Positions 51,228 through 60,375 of a stretch of 64,000 nt of DNA are shown piece by piece. Every line of letters begins with the position of its first letter. The first letter of the stretch is position 1. Origin of the DNA: a virus. The notes under the pieces are model-generated. The model had not been told where the DNA came from and searched no databases. It was given only the letters and a program-made list of their open reading frames with translations. A program made the position numbers and the translations under genes. The stretch lies in IMG/VR virus record IMGVR_UViG_3300035146_000010. The stretch is one strand, 5' to 3'.

Positions 51228-53458
51228 ATTTTTTAAAAAGCAAAATTAAAAAAATTGATAATTGTGGGTTTGATATTGGTGTTGAAAATATAAACCCGGT
51301 TTTATATAAATTTCAAAAATACATTGTTTCTTTGTCTTTGAAAAAAGGCAAGTTTGCTGTGTTTGGAGAAACAGGGACAGGCAAAACAGCAATACAATTA
51401 TCCTGGGCAGAAGAGGTTGTTAAAAAAACAAAAAAAAATGTTTTGATATTTGCCCCTTTGGGAGTTAATGCACAAACAATACAAAAAGGAAAAAATACAT
51501 TTAATGTTATTGTCAACAAATTACAACATTTTGATGAAATAAATGCTCCGGCAATTTATATTTCTAATTATGAGCAAATTGATAATATAAATATTAATGA
51601 TTTTGTTGGTATTGCATTAGATGAAAGTAGTATTTTAAAATCTTTTTGTGGAAAAATGAGAAATAAAATAATTGATGTTTGTAAAGATGTAAAATACAAA
51701 TTGGCACTTACGGCTACACCGTCCCCGAATGATCTTATGGAACTTGGAAATCATTCTGAATTTTTAAATGAAATGTCTTATAGTGAAATGCTGGCAATGT
51801 TTTTTGTTCATGATGGTGGGAACACATCAAACTGGATTTTAAAAAATCATGCAAAAAATGATTTTTATTCCTGGGTAGGTGAATGGGCGGTTGTATATAC
51901 TAATCCGGCTGATTTGGGTTTTAAAAATGAATCTAAAATGTATGAATTGCCGGATATACAATATAATGAAATAAAAATAAAAACACCGAAAAAAAATAAT
52001 GGATTGTTATTTAATGATTTTGCTGTTAATGCAACTTCGTTTAACAAGGAATTGCGAAGAACAATTGAAATCAGAATGAATGAAGTTAAAAAAATTATTG
52101 ATGGCAACAAAAATGAATTTATTATTGTATGGGTAAAACAAAATGCTGAGGCTGACTATTTAAAAAATATTTTGAATGGCTATGATTATAGAGAGGTCAG
52201 AGGCAGTGATCCAATACAAAAAAAAGAAAAAAATCTGATAGGATTTTTAAATAAAAAATTTAAAATACTTATTACAAAAGAAAGTATTGCCGGTATGGGT
52301 TTAGATTATTCGCATTGTCATATTCAAATACATGCCGGGCTTGATTTTAGTTTTGAAAAATTATATCAATCGGTTCGGCGTAGTTACCGGTTTGGTCAAA
52401 AAGAAAAAGTACATATACATATTATAACTACAGACACAATGCACAATGTAATAGCAATAATAAAAAGAAAGGAAAAAACATTTAACATGATGAGGGACGA
52501 AATGAAAAAAGTTGTTAATAAAAAAAGGAACAAAAAAATAAAGTTGGCAAATGATACTGATGTATTTACAATTGATGATTGTATTTTGGTGAAGGGTGAT
52601 TGTGTTCAAAAAATTAAAGACATAAAAAGTGAAAGTATTGGCTATAGTATTTTCAGTCCGCCTTTTGCCAGCTTGTATACATATAGTGATCACATTGAAG
52701 ATATGGGCAACAGTAAAAATTATAAACAGTTTTTTCAGCATTTTTCTTTTTTGGTTGATGAACTGTACCGGGTGATTGAAAGCGGGCGCAATGTTTCTGT
52801 GCATTGTATGAATATTCCCACAAGAAAACAATTTGACGGATATATTGGTTTGTATGATTTCAGAGGAGATATTATTAATTTATTTAAAGAAAAAGGGTTT
52901 ATTTATCATTCAGAGGTTTGTATCTGGAAAAATCCTGTTGTTGCGATGCAAAGAACAAAAGCGCTTGGGCTGTTGCACAAGCAAATAAAAAAAGATTCTA
53001 CTATGTGCCGGCAGGGACTTCCTGATTATTTAATCACATTCCGTAAACCAGGTGAAAATAAAAAACCTGTTGCCGGGGAGTTTGATCATTATTGTGGTGA
53101 AGATAAATTTTTCGGAAATAAAAATATGTCTATTGAGATCTGGCAGCGGTATGCCAGTCCTGTGTGGATGGATATAAACCCGTCTAATACATTGCAGTTT
53201 AGAAATGCAAAAGATGAAAATGATGAAAAACATATCTGTCCATTGCAGCTGGATGTTATACATCGTGCATTACAGTTGTGGTCGATTGAAGGGGATATTG
53301 TATTAGATCCGTTTTCCGGGATTGGCAGTACGCCGTATGAATCGTTATTGCTAAATAGGTTGGCATATGCGATAGAACTAAAAAGTTCTTACTATGAAGA
53401 AGCAAAAAAAAATATTAAATTGGCGGTAAATGAAAAAATGAGAAAAAAATTTTTTTAG
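51209..53458 (+). CDS. SF2 helicase fused to an N6/N4 DNA methyltransferase
   Basis: N-terminal FGETGTGKT, LDESSILK, LTATPSPN. C-terminal IFSPPFASLY (motif IV-like) and VLDPFSGIGST (motif I). Confidence 0.8.
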   Translation: MAEEYIDFLKSKIKKIDNCGFDIGVENINPVLYKFQKYIVSLSLKKGKFAVFGETGTGKTAIQLSWAEEVVKKTKKNVLIFAPLGVNAQTIQKGKNTFNVIVNKLQHFDEINAPAIYISNYEQIDNININDFVGIALDESSILKSFCGKMRNKIIDVCKDVKYKLALTATPSPNDLMELGNHSEFLNEMSYSEMLAMFFVHDGGNTSNWILKNHAKNDFYSWVGEWAVVYTNPADLGFKNESKMYELPDIQYNEIKIKTPKKNNGLLFNDFAVNATSFNKELRRTIEIRMNEVKKIIDGNKNEFIIVWVKQNAEADYLKNILNGYDYREVRGSDPIQKKEKNLIGFLNKKFKILITKESIAGMGLDYSHCHIQIHAGLDFSFEKLYQSVRRSYRFGQKEKVHIHIITTDTMHNVIAIIKRKEKTFNMMRDEMKKVVNKKRNKKIKLANDTDVFTIDDCILVKGDCVQKIKDIKSESIGYSIFSPPFASLYTYSDHIEDMGNSKNYKQFFQHFSFLVDELYRVIESGRNVSVHCMNIPTRKQFDGYIGLYDFRGDIINLFKEKGFIYHSEVCIWKNPVVAMQRTKALGLLHKQIKKDSTMCRQGLPDYLITFRKPGENKKPVAGEFDHYCGEDKFFGNKNMSIEIWQRYASPVWMDINPSNTLQFRNAKDENDEKHICPLQLDVIHRALQLWSIEGDIVLDPFSGIGSTPYESLLLNRLAYAIELKSSYYEEAKKNIKLAVNEKMRKKFF

Positions 53459-53471
53459 GAGAAAATTATAT

Positions 53472-53816
53472 ATGTATAATAATATTAGGGTTTATGTTGC
53501 TGGAGCGTATAGTGCATGCAATGTTTTAGATGTATTAAAAAATATTGGAAAGGGAGAAAAATTGTCTTTAGAGGTTTTTAAAGCGGGGTTTTGTCCGTGG
53601 CATGATAAGGATTTTATTATACATGATCCTGATTTTGAATATACAGTTGATATGTTTTATAATTATTCCCTTGCTTGGTTGGAAGTTTCTGATTGTGTGT
53701 TGTTGGTTCCAGGATGGGAAAATAGTATTGGAACCAAAAAAGAAATTGAAATGGCAAAGGAATTAAAATTAAAAATATATTATTCTTTGGAAGATTTAAA
53801 AAATGATTATAATTAA
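53472..53816 (+). CDS. DUF4406 / nucleoside 2-deoxyribosyltransferase-like protein
   Basis: VYVAGAYSA... and CVLLVPGWENSIGTKKEIEMAKELKLKIYY. Confidence 0.5.
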   Translation: MYNNIRVYVAGAYSACNVLDVLKNIGKGEKLSLEVFKAGFCPWHDKDFIIHDPDFEYTVDMFYNYSLAWLEVSDCVLLVPGWENSIGTKKEIEMAKELKLKIYYSLEDLKNDYN

Positions 53817-53830
53817 GGAGAAAATTATAT

Positions 53831-54847
53831 ATGGAAATTAAAACTGATGAATTAAAAAATGTATTAAATACTCTGTTTGCTTATGTATCGAAAAAAAATA
53901 ATATAGTGAGTGATGTGTTTAGCAAATTTATTTTTGATAATGATAAAATATTTATTGTGAATGAAGAATATGCATTTGAGATCCCGTTTGATATTGATTT
54001 ATCGGCTGTGCTGGGTGTTGATGAAATGATTAAAATCATAAACGGAATATCTGCTGAAAAAATAAATATGAAAATAAAAGATGATTTTTTGTTGATAAAA
54101 TCCGGCAATACAAAGGCCAAGATAATTTGCAATGAAGTAAAAGAAGAAAATAAAAAATTTATTGATGTTAATTATAAATGGAAAAAAGTGCCGGATAATT
54201 TTAATATGGGAGTTGGTCTGTGTATTTTTTCTGCTGCAAAAGATGATTATATGTATGTGTATAATAATATACACATACATGATAATATGATTACCAGTAC
54301 TGATAATTTAAGGATCAGTAAATTTTTATTGGAAGAAAAAATGGACGAATTTTTGCTTCCGTTAATTTCTGCAAAATTTTTATGTAAACACAAAACAAAA
54401 AAATATTTTTTAGAAAAAAATATGGTGCACTTTAAAAATGATGACGGAACAATTTTTCATTCAAGAATTGTGTCTGGGGATTTTCCTGATATAAATCAAT
54501 TTTTTATTTTGGATAAAAAAAATATTTTTTATACATTTCCTGATGATATTAAAAATACAATTAAACTTGTTTCTACTCTTGCAGAGGGGGAGTTTGATGT
54601 AGATAAAAGAATAGAAATAAAAATACAAAATAATAGTATGAAATGTAAGGCAAAAAATACAAAGGGGTGGATTGAAAGTGATATAAAGCTTGATATTGGA
54701 ATTGATTTTGAATTTAAAATAAACCCGGTATTTTTGTTAGACATTTTAAATTTATCTATGAAGTTTACAATTATTGATGATAGGTTTATATTTATCAGTG
54801 ATAATTTTTTCCATTCATTTATGGTGGATTTGATGGAAGGCAAATAA
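53831..54847 (+). CDS. Sliding clamp candidate
   Basis: Size is about 340 aa. Sits between the nucleotide/DNA-modification genes and the polymerase, with the clamp loader downstream. No motif-level proof. Confidence 0.35.
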   Translation: MEIKTDELKNVLNTLFAYVSKKNNIVSDVFSKFIFDNDKIFIVNEEYAFEIPFDIDLSAVLGVDEMIKIINGISAEKINMKIKDDFLLIKSGNTKAKIICNEVKEENKKFIDVNYKWKKVPDNFNMGVGLCIFSAAKDDYMYVYNNIHIHDNMITSTDNLRISKFLLEEKMDEFLLPLISAKFLCKHKTKKYFLEKNMVHFKNDDGTIFHSRIVSGDFPDINQFFILDKKNIFYTFPDDIKNTIKLVSTLAEGEFDVDKRIEIKIQNNSMKCKAKNTKGWIESDIKLDIGIDFEFKINPVFLLDILNLSMKFTIIDDRFIFISDNFFHSFMVDLMEGK

Positions 54848-57391
54848 ATGAATGGATTTTTTTATGATGAAAAAGAAAAAAAGAAAAAGTTTAAAAAGAA
54901 AAATAATAAAATAACGGAGTATACTTGTAGTAGTTGTGGATTAAATGAACAATGTGAATCTCCAAAAATGAAGCCATCCGGTTCTGGGAAACTGAATATA
55001 TTAGTAGTTGCTGAAGCTCCTGGCAAAAAAGAAGACCAAACAGGAACGCAGCTGGTTGGAGAATCCGGGCAGGAGTTAAGAAAGCATTTGAAAAATCTGG
55101 GATATTCCCTTGATGAGGATTTTTGGAAAACCAATGCAGTTACATGCCGGCCGCCTGGAAACAGGAAACCGACTATTAAAGAAATCAGATGTTGCAATCC
55201 AAACTTGATGAAGTTTATAAAAGAAAAAAAGCCGGACAAAATAATAGCTTTGGGCGGTACGGCCTTTCAATCTCTTACAGGGGAAACCGGAATAGAAAAA
55301 TGGAATGGATATGCTATACCTGATCAGAAATTGGGCTGTTGGATATATCCATTAAATCACCCGTCTTTTTTGATCCGCAACAAAAATGATGATCTTTTAA
55401 AAAAACAATTTAAAAGCGGACTAAAGTTTGCTATAGAAGATGATAGAGAATTTCCTGTATATTCTGATATAGAAGAATTTGTAGAAGTTTTAAACAGTCC
55501 GTTTGAGGCAATTATTTTTATGCAGGGAATTTTGGATGGAACAATTACTGCAAATGATATCGAAACAACCGGCAAAGCTCCGTACAAAAAAGGACATGAA
55601 ATAATATGTGTTTCTATTGCTGTGTCTGTTAACAGGGTTGTTGTTTTTCCATTTTTCAAAGACAAAGAATTTAGAAAGGAATTTAAAAAGTTTTTGAAAA
55701 ATAAAAAAATAAAAAAAATAGCGCATAACATGAAGTTTGAAGACAAATGGTATAGGGTTATTTTAAAAACAAAAACAAAGGGCTGGTATTGGGACACAAT
55801 GATCGGGGCACATATTGCCGACAACAGACGAGGAATAACCGGTTTGAAAGATCAGGTATATATCAATTATGGGATAAGGGGATATGATGATGAAATATCG
55901 CCTTTTTTTGAATCAGGCGATAAATCGTCACATGCTTTTAACCGCATAAAAGAATGTGATTTGAGAAAGTTAATGATATATTGTGGGTTAGATAGTTTGT
56001 TTTCTTTGTGTTTATATAAAGAACAAGAAAAAAATATGAGTGCAATTGATTTTGTATCGTACGATTTACTACATCAGGGAGTTTTGGAATTTTGTGAAAT
56101 AGAACAAAACGGGATTTGTGTAAATACTGAATATTATAATAAAGCAGTTAATCACGTAACTAAAAAAATGGACAAAATAGAAAAAGATATAATGAATAGT
56201 AAGGAAGTTGGAAAATGGGACGGAAGAAAAGAATTTAAATTTACGTCCAATAAAGACCTGCCGCACTTACTATTTGATATTTTAAATATTCAATCGATTA
56301 TAAAAACAAAAAAAGGGAATAAATCTGTATCAGGAGAAGCACTGGAAAAAATAAAATATCCGTTCGTTAAAAAAATAGTTAAGTGGAGAAAATTAAAAAA
56401 AATACGGGACACCTATTTACAAGGATATATTCGGGAAAATGTAAATGGAAAAATGTATCCGTCATTTCATTTAAATACAACAGTCACCTACCGCCCTAGT
56501 TGTTCCAATCCAAATTTTGCTAACATACCAAAACATGAGGAGCGTGCAAAAAAATATACCCGTAAAGGGATTATTCCAAGTCCGGGAAGGCAGCTAGCTG
56601 AGGTTGATTATTCTCAAATTGAAGTTCGTATTGGTGCCTGTTATCACAAAGATCCGGCCATGATTAAATATATAAAAGACACGTCTACAGACATGCACCG
56701 TGATCAGGCAATGGAATTATTTTTGTTAAAAGAAAATGAAATAACAAAAGAACATAGACAACTTTCTAAAAATAAATTTGTGTTTCCGCAGTTTTATGGG
56801 GACTGGTGGAAGTCGTGCGCGGAAGCAATCTGGAAAGATTTAGACAATGAAACAAAAATCCATTTGAAAAAAAATGGAGTAAATGGTTTAGGAAGGCTGA
56901 TTATAAAAAATGGTAAGATCTTGGATTGTACTGGATTTTATAAACATGTCCAAAAAGTTGAAAAAAAATTATGGAATGAAAAATTTCCTGTTTATAATCA
57001 GTGGAGAAATGATAATTGGAAAGCATATCAAAAAACCGGGACAATAAAAACATTATCTAATTTTGAACTTATAAAAAAAATGGACAGAAAGGACGCCTCT
57101 AATTATCCGATCCAGGGGAGTGCTTTTCATTGTTTATTACTAAGTATGATTTATATAAATAAGTATCTAAGAAAATATAAATTCAAAACGAATATAATAG
57201 GACAAATTTATGACAGTATTGTTTTTGATATGTGTCCTGAAGAAAAAGAAAAATTAAAGCCAGTTATTCGTTATGTGATGACAAAAAAAATTAAAAAAAT
57301 GTTTCCGTGGATCATTGTCCCGTTAGAAATAGAAATGGAAGTTTCTGAAATAGACGGGAATTGGTATGAAATGCATGAGGAGAAAATATGA
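54848..57391 (+). CDS. Family-4 UDG-like domain fused to a family A DNA polymerase (3'-5' exo plus pol)
   Basis: VVAEAPGKKEDQTGTQLVGESGQEL (UDG family 4 motif), DIETTG (Exo I), VDYSQIEVRI (motif A), RQLSKNKFVFPQFYG (motif B), GQIYDSIVFD (motif C variant). Confidence 0.85.
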   Translation: MNGFFYDEKEKKKKFKKKNNKITEYTCSSCGLNEQCESPKMKPSGSGKLNILVVAEAPGKKEDQTGTQLVGESGQELRKHLKNLGYSLDEDFWKTNAVTCRPPGNRKPTIKEIRCCNPNLMKFIKEKKPDKIIALGGTAFQSLTGETGIEKWNGYAIPDQKLGCWIYPLNHPSFLIRNKNDDLLKKQFKSGLKFAIEDDREFPVYSDIEEFVEVLNSPFEAIIFMQGILDGTITANDIETTGKAPYKKGHEIICVSIAVSVNRVVVFPFFKDKEFRKEFKKFLKNKKIKKIAHNMKFEDKWYRVILKTKTKGWYWDTMIGAHIADNRRGITGLKDQVYINYGIRGYDDEISPFFESGDKSSHAFNRIKECDLRKLMIYCGLDSLFSLCLYKEQEKNMSAIDFVSYDLLHQGVLEFCEIEQNGICVNTEYYNKAVNHVTKKMDKIEKDIMNSKEVGKWDGRKEFKFTSNKDLPHLLFDILNIQSIIKTKKGNKSVSGEALEKIKYPFVKKIVKWRKLKKIRDTYLQGYIRENVNGKMYPSFHLNTTVTYRPSCSNPNFANIPKHEERAKKYTRKGIIPSPGRQLAEVDYSQIEVRIGACYHKDPAMIKYIKDTSTDMHRDQAMELFLLKENEITKEHRQLSKNKFVFPQFYGDWWKSCAEAIWKDLDNETKIHLKKNGVNGLGRLIIKNGKILDCTGFYKHVQKVEKKLWNEKFPVYNQWRNDNWKAYQKTGTIKTLSNFELIKKMDRKDASNYPIQGSAFHCLLLSMIYINKYLRKYKFKTNIIGQIYDSIVFDMCPEEKEKLKPVIRYVMTKKIKKMFPWIIVPLEIEMEVSEIDGNWYEMHEEKI

Positions 57392-57561
57392 GTTATGATA
57401 AAATTATTGATGAAATTAGTAGAGAAATTGATAAAACATACAAACAGCTTTTTATTGATGGGCCTTATATAGAATATGATGGCGGATATTTGCTTGGTTT
57501 AATTGCAGCTTTGGAAATAATTAAAAAATACAATAATAAGGAGAAACAAAATGGCACTTGA
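57388..57561 (+). CDS. 57-aa small protein
   Basis: ATGA overlap with the polymerase stop. Also overlaps the next start. Confidence 0.4.
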   Translation: MSYDKIIDEISREIDKTYKQLFIDGPYIEYDGGYLLGLIAALEIIKKYNNKEKQNGT

Positions 57562-58456
57562 TAAAAAATATCGGCCGGGAAATTGGGATGATTTTTATGG
57601 AAATATTCCTACTGTAAAAAGTTTGAAGGCAGTGATTTCTAAGGATGATCCGCCCCATTCTTATTTTTTTTCCGGTCCGCCTGGTTGCGGTAAAACGACA
57701 TTGGCAAGGATTTTGACAAATGAATTGGAATGCCATGTTAATGATTTAAGAGAAATTAACATGGGAAATAATCGTGGAATAGATACGGCTAGAGAAATAA
57801 TTAATAATGTATATTTCCAGCCTATGTATGGAAAAACGAAAGTATATTTGCTGGATGAGGTGCATAAATCCACGTCAGAATTTCAAAATGCAATGTTGAA
57901 AATAGTTGAGGAACCGCCGGAACATGTTTATTTTGTTTTTTGTACCACGGAGCCGGAACGGGTAATAAATACAATTAAGTCCCGGTGTGCTTGTTATTCG
58001 GTTTCTTTGCTGCCTGAAAAAAGAATTAAAAAATTGTTATTTTCTATTTGTGAAAAAGAAAATATTGAATTGAAAGAGGAGTATTTTGATGAAATAGCAA
58101 AAGCCAGTGCCGGTTCACCCCGGCAGGCACTAATAATTTTGGACCAGGTGAAGGGTGTTGAAGAAAAATATATAACTAAGTCTATACAGAAATACAGTGA
58201 TAGGGATGCCGTTGATGTAAAAAAATTATGCCGTGCTTTGTTAGAAAGAAGAAACTGGAAAGTAATTTCTAAAATTATTAAGGGGATAGAGGCAGAGCCG
58301 GAAACGGTAAGAAGAGCTGTATTAGGATATATGGCTGCGGTTGCGTTGAATAATTCTAATTCTCAAGCCTTTATTGTTATAGATAATTTTCAGGATAATT
58401 TTTTTGATTCTGGAAAGGCTGGTTTAGTATTAGCATGTTATTCATCTTTGCTATAA
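57551..58456 (+). CDS. AAA+ clamp-loader subunit (gamma/tau / RFC-like)
   Basis: GPPGCGKTTLARIL, YLLDEVH, TIKSRC. Confidence 0.8.
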   Translation: MALDKKYRPGNWDDFYGNIPTVKSLKAVISKDDPPHSYFFSGPPGCGKTTLARILTNELECHVNDLREINMGNNRGIDTAREIINNVYFQPMYGKTKVYLLDEVHKSTSEFQNAMLKIVEEPPEHVYFVFCTTEPERVINTIKSRCACYSVSLLPEKRIKKLLFSICEKENIELKEEYFDEIAKASAGSPRQALIILDQVKGVEEKYITKSIQKYSDRDAVDVKKLCRALLERRNWKVISKIIKGIEAEPETVRRAVLGYMAAVALNNSNSQAFIVIDNFQDNFFDSGKAGLVLACYSSLL

Positions 58457-58462
58457 AAAAAG

Positions 58463-58491
58463 TTTCCTTTTTCAATTTAAAAATGTATAAT
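58463..58491 (+). promoter_or_regulatory. Class B promoter (TTTCCT-17-TATAAT)
   Basis: Nearly identical to 18484-18512, including the flanks. Confidence 0.6.
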
Positions 58492-58515
58492 ATAATTATA
58501 TAAGGAGAGTTTAAT

Positions 58516-59088
58516 GTGAAAAAAAGAAAAAATACAAGTCGCTACGATTGTTTAGAAATTGAAAAGCAAGAAAGCGAAGAAAAAGAACAGAAACCTCAAA
58601 ATGATTATGAAAAAGATTTAAAAATTAACAAGTATGATCTTGTTAATGAATTTAATAATCATCCGTTTTTGTATATGAAATATGTCAAGCTGGCAACGGA
58701 AGCGGATATTGAGGTAAGGAGGCTTAGAGAAAAAGTTGATTTTATCAAGGCAGAATTATACGTGCGTATTCGGGAAGAACGGGAAATGGCTAAGGAAAAG
58801 GTTACAGAGACAATTTTGGATAGTCTAATAAAGTTGGATGATAACTATCAAAAAGCATATGAAGACTATTTAGTAGAATTAGAAAACAGCAAAATATTGT
58901 CCGGGGCGGTAGAGGCTTTTTCACAAAGAAAATCCGGGCTGGAAAACACAGTAAAATTATTTTTGAATAATTATTATTCTCATCCTGTTGAGAGTAATGA
59001 TGAAAATAAAAGATCTCTGGAACAAGAGGGATTACAAAAACTTTCAAGGAAAAAAAGGAGAAAAACTAATGACAAAAAAGAGAAATAA
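58516..59088 (+). CDS. Coiled-coil protein upstream of SSB (recombination mediator candidate)
   Basis: GTG start after GGAGAG. Assignment is by position only. Confidence 0.45.
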   Translation: MKKRKNTSRYDCLEIEKQESEEKEQKPQNDYEKDLKINKYDLVNEFNNHPFLYMKYVKLATEADIEVRRLREKVDFIKAELYVRIREEREMAKEKVTETILDSLIKLDDNYQKAYEDYLVELENSKILSGAVEAFSQRKSGLENTVKLFLNNYYSHPVESNDENKRSLEQEGLQKLSRKKRRKTNDKKEK

Positions 59089-60178
59089 AAAAGGCAAAAA
59101 AAAAGGTAGTGTGAGTGATGCTCTCCGGAAGAGTGTAGACAACAGTGTAGAGGAAAGAAGCTCTGAGGGAACCGGATACGGAATTTTAAATTTTTCCAAT
59201 TTGGATGTGAGTACTGATGAACTGCCTTTTTTTAAACCGAATAAAGGGAAAAACAGAATTGATGTGATCCCGTTTTGGGTAGAAACAGATAAACATCCGT
59301 CTGAAAGCGCCCGAAAAAATGGGGCAGATTATCGGATAAATGTTCATGTACATAAAGGCCTGGGCCCGGATAGAAACAAAACGTTGATCTGTCTGGAAGA
59401 AACGTATGGTAAACCATGTCCTGTTTGTGAAAAAAGACGAAAATTGCAGGAACAGGGAGCGAGTGCAGATTTAATTAAGATGTTAAAACCACAGTACCGG
59501 GTTTTGTACAATGTGATAGATTTGGACAATGAGGAAAAAGGGATTCAAATTATGGATGTTGCCTATTACTCATTTGAGAGGAATATTGTGGATGATGTTA
59601 CTGACGGAAAAAAGGGACGGATATATTTTCCTGATCTGGAAAATGGAAGTACAATTATTTTTAAAGCAAAACCCAGTAAATTTCAAGGTCATTCTTTTAT
59701 GAAAATTCTGGAAGGGAGTTTTGCTCTGGAAGATCGGGAAGAGGCTTATGAAGAATCTATTGTTGATGAAGCTTTTAAACTGGATGAAATGCTTATTGTT
59801 CCCACATATGAAGAAGCTAAAAAATTGGTTAATATGGTATCAGATGAAGATATGGATGAAGACGAAGATGATGATGATTGGGATGATGATGACGATAACG
59901 AAGTAGAGGAAGAAGAAGACGATTTTGATGATGACGATGATGATTGGGATGATGATGACGAAGATGATTATGACGATGATGATGATTGGGATGATGATGA
60001 CGATAACGAAGTAGAGGAAGAAGAAGACGATTTTGATGATGACGATGATGATGAAATAGAGGAAGAGCCCAAAAAATCGGTTAAACGCAAAAAGTCAACA
60101 ACTGAAAAAAAGACGAAAAAACCGGCAAAAACAAAAAGCATAAAATCTAAAAAGACGAAAACCAGGAATAGAAAATGA
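59069..60178 (+). CDS. gp32-like ssDNA-binding protein with a long acidic repeat tail and a basic end
   Basis: Zinc site H...CPVCEKRRK, OB-like core, and a DDDDWDDDDDNEVEEEEDDFDDDDDD duplication. ATG after AAGGAG. Confidence 0.65.
   Translation: MTKKRNKKGKKKGSVSDALRKSVDNSVEERSSEGTGYGILNFSNLDVSTDELPFFKPNKGKNRIDVIPFWVETDKHPSESARKNGADYRINVHVHKGLGPDRNKTLICLEETYGKPCPVCEKRRKLQEQGASADLIKMLKPQYRVLYNVIDLDNEEKGIQIMDVAYYSFERNIVDDVTDGKKGRIYFPDLENGSTIIFKAKPSKFQGHSFMKILEGSFALEDREEAYEESIVDEAFKLDEMLIVPTYEEAKKLVNMVSDEDMDEDEDDDDWDDDDDNEVEEEEDDFDDDDDDWDDDDEDDYDDDDDWDDDDDNEVEEEEDDFDDDDDDEIEEEPKKSVKRKKSTTEKKTKKPAKTKSIKSKKTKTRNRK
59870..60053 (+). repeat. 108-nt-period direct duplication inside the SSB acidic tail
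   Basis: gatgatgattgggatgatgatgacgataacgaagtagaggaagaagaagacgattttgatgatgacgatgatgat occurs at 59870 and again at 59978. Confidence 0.85.
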
Positions 60179-60375
60179 AAAAGGATTTAATAAAACTCAA
60201 AGACGCAATGGATATTGTTGAGCAATATCGACCCCGGCCACGGCGACAGACTATGTATTTTTGGGTTTTGAAGGAAAAAATCGGGGAATTTATTGACGGT
60301 CATTATTTTTTTGACCGTCAAAAACTTATTAAAATGCTTGAGGAAAAATATGGCAGCCAGAAGAAAAATAGTTGA
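60175..60375 (+). CDS. Small HTH-like protein
   Basis: 66-aa ORF with ATGA coupling. IKLKDAMDIVEQY...TMYFWVLKEKIG. Confidence 0.4.
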   Translation: MKKDLIKLKDAMDIVEQYRPRPRRQTMYFWVLKEKIGEFIDGHYFFDRQKLIKMLEEKYGSQKKNS

